DNA from: Patescibacteria group bacterium
GTDB lineage: Bacteria; Patescibacteriota; Patescibacteriia; UBA9934
Direction of reading: 5' to 3'
NCBI GenBank assembly: GCA_038064675.1
Contig: JBBTSM010000005.1
Span: 4,686-68,685, forward strand
DNA length: 64,000 nucleotides
Shown here: one piece after another, positions 20,052-29,547 of the stretch
Layout: each line of letters starts with the position of its first letter
Position numbering within the stretch: position 1 is the first letter of the stretch
Position numbers and translations under genes: made by a program
Notes under the pieces: model-generated
Databases searched by the model: none
Told to the model about the DNA's origin: nothing
The model's input: the letters and a program-made list of their open reading frames with translations, nothing else

Positions 20052-20202
20052 AGAATGTTTTATATGTATAGACTAAGTATACACTAAAACTATATATATA
20101 GTAAAAGATTGATTTAAGTGTAATAATCTGGTATAGTACTTTGTTCGGATGTGAGACGAAAGTCCGCCGAGCGATACAGAAACCCAAGCAGGAGACACTC
20201 TC

Positions 20203-20694
20203 ATGATCTATCTCAACCAAATTCGTGGATCGGCTGTAAAAATCATCAGCGATCTTGCTCGCGACGCGGCTCTCCCAGGAAAGCTTGAAGTCGAAGAAAA
20301 TCGGTTCATGCGATGGGAGGGTTATGGGGAGAAGAATTGGCGCTACAAGGCGGGGAAAAACTATGAGCTTGTTGATACTAAGGTCCCCGTGCTCACTCGA
20401 GACGGATACACCGCGCCTCCAAAAAAATTGACCGCTGGGTGGGACCTGTCGGTTGACGACAATAACTGCGTTTGGGCTCGGCCGGTGTGTGCTGGTTGGG
20501 GTAACGCGTATTTTCGCGATCACGGCCCCGAGCTTGTACGGATTATCGGGAAAATTCCGGAACGCTTGCGCAAATTCTTGTCAGCCGAAGAGAGTCAGTT
20601 CCTCTTCTTCTGTTGCGGACAGTTCGGTGAAGTGTATGCGCTCGAGTCGGAGGTTCTCGTGTTTCGTAATAGGCTGAAGGAAATGTTCGGGTAG
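20203..20694 (+). CDS. Orphan hypothetical protein
   Basis: 163-aa ORF with AGGAG upstream; divergent from TrmB 1. Confidence 0.65.
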   Translation: MIYLNQIRGSAVKIISDLARDAALPGKLEVEENRFMRWEGYGEKNWRYKAGKNYELVDTKVPVLTRDGYTAPPKKLTAGWDLSVDDNNCVWARPVCAGWGNAYFRDHGPELVRIIGKIPERLRKFLSAEESQFLFFCCGQFGEVYALESEVLVFRNRLKEMFG

Positions 20695-20746
20695 TTCGCT
20701 GCGGCTTCAGAAGAAAACAAAACATAATCACCATTCGGAGTTCAAC

Positions 20747-21007
20747 ATGATTCTCTTCCAGAAAGACGGAGCTGTTCTTGTCAACGCGTTCTCAAGTGTC
20801 GAGGAATTCCGTGAGTGGGTGGCGATGGCTGGTGATGAACCGGTGGAGATCGCCTACGAGATGAAAATGCCGGGGACGGCTGCCGGTAATGCATTACTGA
20901 GCTTGTGTCGGATCGGAAATCATGACGCGGACGGGTTCGAGGTTCTTTTGGAGAATCTCCTCAGCGAAGCATTCCAGGCCGGTATTAACTTCGCACAACG
21001 GAAGTGA
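20747..21007 (+). CDS. Orphan hypothetical protein
   Basis: 86-aa ORF with GGAG upstream, followed by hairpin cagccgctcctggaggagcggctg. Confidence 0.65.
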   Translation: MILFQKDGAVLVNAFSSVEEFREWVAMAGDEPVEIAYEMKMPGTAAGNALLSLCRIGNHDADGFEVLLENLLSEAFQAGINFAQRK

Positions 21008-21059
21008 GCAACAGCGACAAAAACGCGCAGCCGCTCCTGGAGGAGCGGCTGTTGTTGTT

Positions 21060-21917
21060 TTACTTCATCGCCTTTCGAAACTTCTTGAGTAGCGCAATGT
21101 CTTCTTCGCGACTTCCCTTTTCTTCTTCCCCATCGAACGGTGTTTCGAGAATGAGATCGATATGCTGGAGTTTTGGATGTTGGACGATGTATTTGAATGC
21201 GTCCGCGCCAATGAAGCCGTGGCCGAGATGCTGGTGACGGTCTTTGTGTCCGTCGAATTCGATTTTTGAATCGTTACAGTGTGATGCGACGAGCTTCTTG
21301 AGGCCGATGATGCGGTCGAAATCCTTAAATGTTTGATCGACGGCTTCTTTTGTTCGTAGATCGTACCCCGAGGCGAATGCGTGTTGCGTGTCGAAACACA
21401 CACCGATTTCTTTTCCACGTTTTGCGCCGTCGATGAATGCCGCGATCTCTTCGAATTCATCGCCCATCACTGCGCCGGCTCCGGCGCTGATCTCAATGAG
21501 GAGCTGACAGCTTCCTTCGTAGCCATCCATGATGCGGTCGAGCCCCTTAATTACGGCCTCGACTCCGGCTTCCTGGCCGACCTCTTTTGCTGACCCTGGA
21601 TGAAACATGATTGCCTTCGCGCCGAGCTGTGTGCCGCGCTCGAGCTCCTCACGAAGAATTTTTACTGATCCGAAGCGCGTCGTGTTTTTTTCGGAAGCGA
21701 GGTTGATGATGTACGGCGCGTGAATGTACACGTCTCTAATGTCGTTCTCCTTCATCGATTCCCGAAACTTTGTCGCGTCCTCGTCACTTATCGGTTTTGC
21801 AGCGAACGCTTGCGGAGAACGAGAAAAGATTTGGATCACTTCACACCCAAGTTTCTTCCCCGCCGGTCCCGACTTCCACAATCCCCCGGCCGCACTCACG
21901 TGAGCTCCAAATTGCAT
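21060..21917 (-). CDS. nfo: Endonuclease IV
   Basis: GAHVS, HAPYIINLAS, FHPG, CFDTQHAFASGYD, HCNDSK, DRH, ILETP. Confidence 0.95.
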   Translation of the reverse strand: MQFGAHVSAAGGLWKSGPAGKKLGCEVIQIFSRSPQAFAAKPISDEDATKFRESMKENDIRDVYIHAPYIINLASEKNTTRFGSVKILREELERGTQLGAKAIMFHPGSAKEVGQEAGVEAVIKGLDRIMDGYEGSCQLLIEISAGAGAVMGDEFEEIAAFIDGAKRGKEIGVCFDTQHAFASGYDLRTKEAVDQTFKDFDRIIGLKKLVASHCNDSKIEFDGHKDRHQHLGHGFIGADAFKYIVQHPKLQHIDLILETPFDGEEEKGSREEDIALLKKFRKAMK

Positions 21918-21921
21918 AGCA

Positions 21922-22659
21922 TTATGATAATTGTTTCCAAGAAAGCTTAAACATCATTTTCATCACAGAAGCGATGGCCTGGTTCTTAATGAGTGTACCG
22001 AATATCGGCGCATCTGTGGAAATAAGTGCTACCTTGTCGTTCCAAATGAGAATGTCGACAGCGATGTCTTCTGTGCCTTTTGGGAACATTCGCATGTCGT
22101 AGAGTCCTCTGAGTAGCGCGATTGGAGTTTTTGCGCTTGTTTCCGGAGAATCTTGAGTGAGAATGTCATGAAGGACAATTCCTCGCTCTTTCATTTTTGC
22201 AACGTACTTTTTAAAGAAGTCCCAACCGAGCGCATCGTAGAGTTTCTTTGTTGACGCCACGCCATACACGCTTTTTGCCTCAAGCATCTCGTAAAAGATT
22301 TCTTTGACTTGCTCAGCACCTTCGAAATATTTGATAACGGGCTTGTTTGCTTGTGCCGCGTAAAGGCCGCGAAGATCGGGTAATATTTGCCGCATTTCTT
22401 CGGTTCGGTGTTCGAGGACTTGTACAAGGACTGAGGGGTCGATTGTGATGTATGCTTTTCGACTGCCCTTCCGTTGTTCATCGATGAGTCCTCGTTCTCT
22501 GAGTGTTTGTAGGGAGCCGTAGAGATTCGGTCGAGAGATTTTTGTTCCACGCGCGATTTGGGGCGGCGTCGTTGCTCCGTGTTCAAGAACGTAAAGATAG
22601 ACACGAATTTCGTTGTCTCGAAGTCCGGAATTTTTAAGTGTTCTGACAATATGTTCCAT
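21922..22659 (-). CDS. TrmB-family transcriptional regulator 2
   Basis: GLRDNEIRVYLYVLEHG...SRPNLY; IKYFEG; IWNDKVALIS; alternative start 22677. Confidence 0.88.
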   Translation of the reverse strand: MEHIVRTLKNSGLRDNEIRVYLYVLEHGATTPPQIARGTKISRPNLYGSLQTLRERGLIDEQRKGSRKAYITIDPSVLVQVLEHRTEEMRQILPDLRGLYAAQANKPVIKYFEGAEQVKEIFYEMLEAKSVYGVASTKKLYDALGWDFFKKYVAKMKERGIVLHDILTQDSPETSAKTPIALLRGLYDMRMFPKGTEDIAVDILIWNDKVALISTDAPIFGTLIKNQAIASVMKMMFKLSWKQLS

Positions 22660-22831
22660 ATGATATGGAGTGATCATATCATAAGTGTATTGGAAACAAT
22701 AAACGAAATAAAATTGTAGTGATTGGAGAATGTAATGATATGTATCAATTGTGTTTGAGGTGCTATGATCATCGGTTGGCTCGCGCATTTCGCGTGGCCA
22801 AAATGATATTTAAGTAGCACAGGAGAAAAAA

Positions 22832-23267
22832 ATGATCGGTGCTTCGGTCTGGGATCTTGAAAAACTTCTGAGGGAACGAAATCCCTCACTGCGCAAGAAG
22901 GATGAGGTGCTGATTCATCAATCCCCTTCCATTCTGCGAATCGTGACGAGTCTCGTTGATACGGGCGTTGATCGATGGGAGATCCCCGCTCGTCTTTGTG
23001 GGGAATGTGAGCGTACGCGTTTCAGGGAGCACGTCTATCAGTTACGCGCGGACGATGCCGTTTTACCCAGACTCGATCGAGCGTGTCGACGTTTCGCAAC
23101 AGGGCTCTCCTCCCCGAAAGGAATGGAGGATCCGCGGCTTTCTTCACGGAGACTGCGACATCCTCGAGCTTCTATTCGCCGAGTCCCCTGAACGTCCGTT
23201 CTGGGCGGAGTTCGTTGCGATGATTCGTGACGACGGGCGGGGTCGACTGGAAATCGTATCTCGCTAA
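22832..23267 (+). pseudogene. Orphan gene, possibly frameshifted (two overlapping frames)
   Basis: AGGAG + ATG at 22832 opens one frame, while the frame 22956..23267 ends right before the terminator hairpin. Confidence 0.45.
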
Positions 23268-23316
23268 AAAAAATGAACCGAGCCCATGGGGTTACGCCCG
23301 GAAGCTCAGTTTTTGT

Positions 23317-24078
23317 TTAGCTCTCTAGTGATTTCCAAATTCCACTAAATAATTGTCGCAGATTTTCTGCCATCATCGCGTCGTGGATTTCGATGAGAGA
23401 AAATGGATGATGTCTTGTGTTGATCATTACGATGTAATTTCCCATCACCCACGTTGTCGCCGTAAACGCTGCCGCGCCGCTCCAAAAGCGAATGTGACGC
23501 TTTGCATAGCCCTTTGTTTTCATGAGTTCTTCGACATTCGACTCATTACTAAGAAGTCGAACGATTGGCGGGTTCGATTCTTGCCAGTACCATTCAATCC
23601 ATTCTTGAAAATGTTCGACGAGACCCGGATCCTGGAATCCCCAATAATGTGTTTTGGTTTCGATGATACTTTTATTCCAAGCCGGTGTTTGTTTATAGAG
23701 ATGACTTTCGATTTCTTCTTCCGGAATAAAAACGATCTTTGGAATCGAATATTTCGAACTTTGTGCAATTTTCTTGAGCTCACCGATCGCAGACTGCACG
23801 GTCGCTTTTTTGAGGTCGAGCGCTTTTTGCTCGCGGTTCACGAGAATGGCGAGATCTTCGGGTTGCTTTGCGATGAGTGATCGTGACGAACCGCCGAGAT
23901 CTTCGACGACAACACCCTTTTTTACGAGTTCTTTGGATACGCTATACACCGTCGGCCGGCTAATCCGCGTGAGTTTTGCGATTTCCGCTGGTGTCATTGC
24001 CCCGTGCTGAAGCAGAGCGAGATACACCTCGCTTTCCTTGTCGCTGAACCCCAATTTTCCCAGAACTTGCTTTGACAT
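23317..24078 (-). CDS. TrmB-family transcriptional regulator 3
   Basis: LGFSDKESEVYLALLQHG...SRPTVYSVSKELVKKG. Confidence 0.88.
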   Translation of the reverse strand: MSKQVLGKLGFSDKESEVYLALLQHGAMTPAEIAKLTRISRPTVYSVSKELVKKGVVVEDLGGSSRSLIAKQPEDLAILVNREQKALDLKKATVQSAIGELKKIAQSSKYSIPKIVFIPEEEIESHLYKQTPAWNKSIIETKTHYWGFQDPGLVEHFQEWIEWYWQESNPPIVRLLSNESNVEELMKTKGYAKRHIRFWSGAAAFTATTWVMGNYIVMINTRHHPFSLIEIHDAMMAENLRQLFSGIWKSLES

Positions 24079-24273
24079 CCCCACATTCTATCCCCAATGT
24101 GGACAAGTTGTCAATAACTCATCAACAGTAGGAATAGCTTTATATAATGGGCTTTATATGAATACTAAGCCCACAACTTATGGACAGAAAGGCGGTTTTT
24201 CGATATCGTAACCCGTTCGAGAGTGATCGCCGATCTCCGGCAGGAAACTCGAACGCGCTTTCAAAAGGTGCCC

Positions 24274-24806
24274 ATGCTCACTCTCCTCTCCTCCATCGCC
24301 CTCGCCGATCCCTTCGTCCTCATCGGATCCGAGAATCGGGTCGATCTCGGCGGAAATGTCGTTCCGAAGGCCAAGGCGATCGTCGACATCGGTGTGATCG
24401 ACCATCTCTCATTGACGGCGACGTTCGTGGTGTCGCCGGGATACAGCGAGGTGTACGTTGGCCCCACCTGGTCGCCGACCGCGCACTTCTCCCTCGGCGT
24501 GGCCGGCGCGGCATGGAAACTGCGGACGATCCGTGGCGCGTGATGGCCTATTCGACGGCGAACTACAAAAGCCTTCATATCCTCGGAGTGGTGGAGTACG
24601 GCGGAAGCGGGCTCTGGTATAAGGCGGTCGCTTCCTACACGATCGGTCCGGTCTCGATCGGCGCCATGGCACAGCGATTCGATGGCCTCGGCCCGCGCAT
24701 CGCCGTGTCGCGCTGGGATCTCGAGCTCTGGGCGGCGCCGCTGTACGACCCGGAGGCGAAGTCCCCGAGCTTGCTCGTCGGCCTCAGCTGGACGCCGAAG
24801 ACGTGA
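24274..24806 (+). pseudogene. Secreted beta-strand-rich protein with a one-base frameshift near 24510
   Basis: MLTLLSSIALA-DP signal in one frame to ...FSLGVAGA, continuing in the -1 frame GMETADDPWRV...LLVGLSWTPKT; GC visibly above flanks. Confidence 0.65.
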
Positions 24807-24824
24807 GTGGCGATGAAAACAACG

Positions 24825-24866
24825 GCCGAGTTCGCGGAGCAATCTGCGGGCTCGGCGCTTTTGTTA
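24825..24866. repeat. Repeated terminator-like hairpin, copy A
   Basis: gccgagttcgcggagcaatctgcgggctcggcgcttttgtta; near-identical to 26482-26523. Confidence 0.85.
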
Positions 24867-25604
24867 TTTCTCCTTGGCAAATTCCCACGCCATCGCAAAA
24901 ATGGACTTCTGGGTTTCGTAAATTGCACCATCGTGGATCAAAATCCCCCCGTACGGCGCTTTATGCGACATGATCGCAACCTTCCCATCGTAAATTTTTA
25001 TCTCATTGGGCATCGCGAATGTTTCTGAAACGAGTCGGACATCGCGAAGCTCATCATGACTTGTTTTAAGAAAGCGTTTTCCGACGGTTCCCGCATTTAA
25101 CACGGCACGCGTCCGAACGCCTGCGGCAACGCGCCTGCGAATGTACTCATCATAATATTCCGCAAGATTCGCGACGATCATATCCGCGTCCCCAAACGTC
25201 AAAATAGTTTCTCTGGCCGTCAGTGTATCGTCGAGCACCGTTTTAATCCCCTCAATCCCAGGGAAATACTGTACTCGTGGCTGCTTTGCGCTCGCGCGTC
25301 CATTAAGTGCACGAAAATCTGGTAATGCATTTCTCAATTCTCTCACCGATTGTTCCGCGTGTTTCAAAACCGTTTCCGGATCTTTTGCATAAAAAAGTTG
25401 TGTTCCATTTACATCCGTGGACCCTACGAGTCCCTTTTGCTCCATTGCTTTTAAATACACATATGTCGTGGAGCGATTCATTCTCGTCTTCTTCGCAATT
25501 ACGCTCGCCGGAGCCTCCCCCAGTTCGGTATTTGCCACATACAACGCGGCCTCTTCTTCAGAGAATCCGAGCTTCTGCAAAACGTCTCCAAAAGAAATCG
25601 CCAT
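24864..25604 (-). CDS. TrmB-family transcriptional regulator 4
   Basis: LGFSEEEAALYVANTELG...NRSTTY; VQYFPGIEGIK; IYDGKVAI. Confidence 0.88.
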   Translation of the reverse strand: MAISFGDVLQKLGFSEEEAALYVANTELGEAPASVIAKKTRMNRSTTYVYLKAMEQKGLVGSTDVNGTQLFYAKDPETVLKHAEQSVRELRNALPDFRALNGRASAKQPRVQYFPGIEGIKTVLDDTLTARETILTFGDADMIVANLAEYYDEYIRRRVAAGVRTRAVLNAGTVGKRFLKTSHDELRDVRLVSETFAMPNEIKIYDGKVAIMSHKAPYGGILIHDGAIYETQKSIFAMAWEFAKEK

Positions 25605-25796
25605 AGTTGTTAGAAATACAAACAGTATAAAATATAATAGATATAATGTAAATAGCACTTATAAACACATTCTATCAATAATATGTTATTGAAACAAACC
25701 AAGAGATATGGTATCGTGTTCTGTTGGGATGACGGAGGGCATCTCGCTCAACGCACCCGATGAACACCACGGGCCGACACGCTCGGCACGGAGTAA

Positions 25797-26459
25797 ATGA
25801 TGAGCAGTTCTATCGCCAGCGACTTCAATAGCCTTCTTGTCTCCTTTCGTGCTGATGCTGAGGCTGGGGTCGCGAAGGCAGCGGCGAAGATCGAGGAGAT
25901 CAAGGCAAAAGCCAAAGCGGAGATCGAGGAAGCCGAGACGAGGGTTTTCGGGGCCAGGAGGCTGGTGGAAACCGTGCCTGATCGCGCGCTGAAATCCTTC
26001 GACATGGTCGGAAGGCTCAATGCTCTCGGCGCCGAACGTGTTGTGCAGGTTGGGAGGGTTGGTGAATACCTCGGGGTTCTCATGTTCGTCGTCGATGAGC
26101 GCGACCATGGAACGCTCCTTGCATTCGGATCGACCTATAACCATTGCGGCTTCTATCGGCCGTGTTGGTGCTGTGTGAATGGAATGAGGATTCTCGAGAT
26201 GTCGCTTGATGTCGCTCGCAGCCTCCGTTCGTGGGACCTTGGCACCAACAACAAGGAACCCGTGATGAGCCGTATTCGTGAGGCGGTTGAGGCGGGAGAA
26301 TGGGCCTGGATTGACGATCCTGGTGCCCCGCGGCTTCAAAAGCTGGCACCCCTACTCAATATCGAACAGAAGGACTCATCAGTGCTGAAGCTCATGGGCA
26401 TCACGCCGAAGGAATGGTGGCCTGGTCACTCGTTCGATCGTTTTCCTGACAGGCGGTAG
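25797..26459 (+). CDS. Orphan hypothetical protein with N-terminal coiled coil
   Basis: 220-aa ORF, GGAG upstream, divergent from TrmB 4, terminator downstream. Confidence 0.7.
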   Translation: MMSSSIASDFNSLLVSFRADAEAGVAKAAAKIEEIKAKAKAEIEEAETRVFGARRLVETVPDRALKSFDMVGRLNALGAERVVQVGRVGEYLGVLMFVVDERDHGTLLAFGSTYNHCGFYRPCWCCVNGMRILEMSLDVARSLRSWDLGTNNKEPVMSRIREAVEAGEWAWIDDPGAPRLQKLAPLLNIEQKDSSVLKLMGITPKEWWPGHSFDRFPDRR

Positions 26460-26481
26460 GTGTGAGTACACGCGCGTACGA

Positions 26482-26523
26482 GCCGAGTTCGGGGAGCAAT
26501 CCTCGGGCTCGGCGCTTTTGTTA
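26482..26523. repeat. Repeated terminator-like hairpin, copy B
   Basis: gccgagttcggggagcaatcctcgggctcggcgcttttgtta. Confidence 0.85.
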
Positions 26524-27021
26524 TGCGGATTCAAAACCGATTTTGTTTTTCTTCGATTCGTCATCAATCGTCTGTCGCAATGCGTCGAACACGATTTTGA
26601 ATTGCTCGTCGTATTGTTTTTCTAGGAAGTCGATGCGCAGGCGGAGATCGGAATGTTCGAGCGCCATGTCTCGAAGATAGACGAAGGCACGAATAATTTG
26701 AATGTTTACCGCAATAGCTTTTTCGCTACTCAAAACACTCGAAAGCATAGCAATGCCGGATTCGGTAAAGGCTCGTGGCGGGTATCGAATCCCTCCCCAA
26801 CTTGAGGTCGCAAATTGCGACCTCAAGTTGAAAAACTCCTTCTCTGTAAGCCGAAATGAGAAATCCTCTGGAAATCTGCGTAAGTTTCTCTGAACGGACT
26901 CGTTGAATCTTTTGGTTTCGATTTTGTATAATTTTGCCAAATCACGATCAAGCATCACTTTTTGTCCTCGAAGAACAAATATTTTGTTTTCGACTATTTC
27001 TATCGGAAGAATCATTGCCAT
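26521..27021 (-). CDS. ORF6N domain DNA-binding protein
   Basis: RGQKVMLDRDLAKLY, RFPEDFSFRL, LRSQFATSSWGG, PRAFTESGIAMLSSVL, C-terminal KIGF. Confidence 0.92.
   Translation of the reverse strand: MAMILPIEIVENKIFVLRGQKVMLDRDLAKLYKIETKRFNESVQRNLRRFPEDFSFRLTEKEFFNLRSQFATSSWGGIRYPPRAFTESGIAMLSSVLSSEKAIAVNIQIIRAFVYLRDMALEHSDLRLRIDFLEKQYDEQFKIVFDALRQTIDDESKKNKIGFESA
26798..26830. repeat. Perfect 33-bp palindrome within the ORF6N CDS
   Basis: CAACTTGAGGTCGCAA-A-TTGCGACCTCAAGTTG (16-bp arms). Confidence 0.95.
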
Positions 27022-27039
27022 AATTATGATGTTTTCATT

Positions 27040-27110
27040 TGGAGGTGGCGATTTGGCACCTCCATTTTTTTAGGATCACAAATTGTGATTCTAAACTGTG
27101 ATATCCAAAA
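27040..27110. repeat. Array of variant palindromes upstream of ORF6N
   Basis: TGGAGGTGGCGA-T-TTGGCACCTCCA (27040-27064), TTTAGGATCACAA-A-TTGTGATTCTAAA (27069-27095), half copy ctgtgatatccaa. Confidence 0.8.
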
Positions 27111-27146
27111 TCCTACCAGTATCGCGGTTACGGCAGATGTGTAAAA

Positions 27147-28109
27147 ATGGATTCAAATGTTCGGAGAAGTGCGAATTCTATGGAGCTTCCAAAACACATC
27201 CACAAACTCTATCGCCACTGGCCTGATCATGTTGTGCGAGTTCATTCCTCAGAGAAACCTGATCTCGCCAACTTGCCGGTCGTAAAAGAGATTTGTAATT
27301 TTGCGCACGAGCGATTATCGATCTGGCAAAAGAAGATATCGAATGAGCCGATACCGTATACGAGAGATCCAATCTTGCAGAAGTATCGTTTCTGTAATGT
27401 CTTTCGTGAATTTGATAAACAAACGATCGCTTTTCACACATTGCTCAATCCTTTGCGGGACGATTTCGCGCTGTGGTTGTTGAACATGCTTTATTGTCGC
27501 ATGGTTGCGCGACCGGAAACGGTTGAGAGCGTTGGTTTGTTGTCGTTCGATCTTGAGGTCAATCGCGAACTCTACGATCGGCTTATGGCTTCATCGCGAC
27601 CTCGATACGGCACACCGTATGTGTTCCCGATCTCGACGATTCAAAAGAGCGCAACGCCGAATCGGGAGCGATTCATCTGTGAATATTTGCCTTCGATTAT
27701 GAAGTCGATCGCGAACGAAATCGAAACGTGGAGATCGATATCCGTAATTGATGGCGTTAAAGAGATTCTGCCGATGTTCGGATTCAACCTCAATTTTCTT
27801 TGGACCGAGGTCCTTATCGATGTTGCCTATCAATACCCCGAACGCATAGATCTCTTTGCCGCGTTCCCCATTGGTCCAGGATCGATCCCGACAATGCGCA
27901 TGGTTAATCGCACCGCGGACCCCGTCGATCTCGCCGTGAGGCTATCGTTGATTCCATTTGATCCGGGAATCACAATCGACGGCGTGCCGCTCCGATTGTC
28001 GGCGGAGAATTGGGAAGGAATTGGTTGCGAATTTCGAAAGTATACGAATTTGAAGAGTGGTCGCGGTCGCAAGCGTATCTATATGATGAAATCAAAAACG
28101 AGATCATGA
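27147..28109 (+). CDS. 5-hmdU DNA kinase / aGPT-pyrophosphorylase clade 1-like protein
   Basis: ERLSIW...TRDPILQKYRFCNVFREFDKQT, GPGS, CEFRKY motifs; start may be 27180. Confidence 0.75.
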   Translation: MDSNVRRSANSMELPKHIHKLYRHWPDHVVRVHSSEKPDLANLPVVKEICNFAHERLSIWQKKISNEPIPYTRDPILQKYRFCNVFREFDKQTIAFHTLLNPLRDDFALWLLNMLYCRMVARPETVESVGLLSFDLEVNRELYDRLMASSRPRYGTPYVFPISTIQKSATPNRERFICEYLPSIMKSIANEIETWRSISVIDGVKEILPMFGFNLNFLWTEVLIDVAYQYPERIDLFAAFPIGPGSIPTMRMVNRTADPVDLAVRLSLIPFDPGITIDGVPLRLSAENWEGIGCEFRKYTNLKSGRGRKRIYMMKSKTRS

Positions 28110-28129
28110 CGATCTCGTTTTTGTGTGAA

Positions 28130-29419
28130 CTACTTCACCATTGCTGCCATGATGTGATCAACAACTGCACGATTTCTCATTTGGGATTCTACGAAGTCGC
28201 GGTATTCGGGTTCGTATACACGAGCGCGGTTCTCGTTGTCGTCGCCAAGGCGGTCGGCGATCACATCGAGCTCGGCATCGACGGCCTTTGCGTCAACGTC
28301 GATGTTCTCTTTTTTGCCGATTTCGCGAATGATGAGCGCGACCTTCACGCGGGTTAATGCGGTTGGGGTGAAGTCAAGTTTGGTTTCGGCGATGGTTTTC
28401 CCGATGGACTTGAGATAATCCTTCAGCTCCATGCCATTTTCGCCAACGGAGTGTTCAAGTTCACGAATCATGCGCTCGAGTTCCTGGTTTACGAGAATGT
28501 CGGGAATAACATCAAATTCAGATTTCTGTGCAAGGAGATCGAGACATTCGCGCTCTTGGCGACGACGTTCCTCAACAACGCTTTCTGCGGCGAGATTTTC
28601 TTTAAGCTTTTCCTCAAGCATCGATGCGCTTTCAAATCCGAGACGTTTTGCGAACTCCTCATCGATTTCTGGAGTTTCGATGGTAAAGATTTCGTTCAAA
28701 CGAACAGTGAAATCCACATCGTTATCTGCAAGGTGCTTTTGGTAGTGATCTTTTGGAAACTTCAGCGTGAATGATTTCTCTTCGCCTTCTGCAAGACCAA
28801 GAATCTGCGTGACGAAACCGTCGATGTAGTGCGCTTCGGTGGTGTATACGCCATGGTTCTGGCTTTCGCCGCCCTCAAGAACAACACCATCTTTCTTCAT
28901 TGTCAGGTTCACGACCGCCTTGTCGCCTTGCTCCAGTTTCTTTCCGGCTGTGGCACGGGTCTCCTTTGTTTGCATGCGAGCGAGATCTTTCTTTGCAGTG
29001 TCGATAATTTCCGGCGTTGGTTCCGTTGGCTTCCGTTCAACAGTGAGCTTTGTGTAGTCTGCGAGCTTTTTCACCTTCGGCATGAGCCCAATGTCGGCGC
29101 TGTAGATAAGGTCCTCGCCAGGAATCATCACGTCCATGGTGAAATGCGGTGCGCCAACGATGTCGAGATCTTCTTCGATGAGTGCCGATGCAAGCGATGC
29201 GCGAATGAGCTCCTCGGCGGCTTCTTCAAGGATTTTTATTTCCCCAACGCGCTGTTTCACCACCTCGTAGCTTGCGGCTCCTGGGCGGAATCCTGGGAAG
29301 TTCATCACGCGAGACAGTTCGTCTGCGGCAACGTGCATTGCAGCAAGGACTTTGTCTTTTGGAACAACGACAGTGATTTTGATCTGGTTATCGGCAACGT
29401 GTTCGATGGTGTGCGACAT
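28130..29419 (-). CDS. tig: Trigger factor
   Basis: PGFRPGAA, YIDGF, LKFPKDY, DEEFAK. Confidence 0.95.
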   Translation of the reverse strand: MSHTIEHVADNQIKITVVVPKDKVLAAMHVAADELSRVMNFPGFRPGAASYEVVKQRVGEIKILEEAAEELIRASLASALIEEDLDIVGAPHFTMDVMIPGEDLIYSADIGLMPKVKKLADYTKLTVERKPTEPTPEIIDTAKKDLARMQTKETRATAGKKLEQGDKAVVNLTMKKDGVVLEGGESQNHGVYTTEAHYIDGFVTQILGLAEGEEKSFTLKFPKDHYQKHLADNDVDFTVRLNEIFTIETPEIDEEFAKRLGFESASMLEEKLKENLAAESVVEERRRQERECLDLLAQKSEFDVIPDILVNQELERMIRELEHSVGENGMELKDYLKSIGKTIAETKLDFTPTALTRVKVALIIREIGKKENIDVDAKAVDAELDVIADRLGDDNENRARVYEPEYRDFVESQMRNRAVVDHIMAAMVK

Positions 29420-29547
29420 AGGGAAAGCAGATGAAGTTTGAGTAGTATATCCGTCGTGGAATTGGCGTCAATAATCCTGCGAAGGTTAGCCAAGAAGTAG
29501 GAGTTTTTATTGTAACAACCCCAGGGAATTGCTATGCTGGGATTGCT

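Noticed and set aside
20140-20185. Ribozyme or riboswitch in the leader (gac-gaaa-gtc hairpin)
   Set aside because: Only a GNRA hairpin; no hammerhead CUGAUGA core or recognisable aptamer consensus
24825-26523. Repeated hairpins as integron attC sites
   Set aside because: No consistent RYYYAAC/GTTRRRY boxes, the trailing TTA is the stop codon of the convergent gene, and the only tyrosine recombinase looks Xer-like, not IntI
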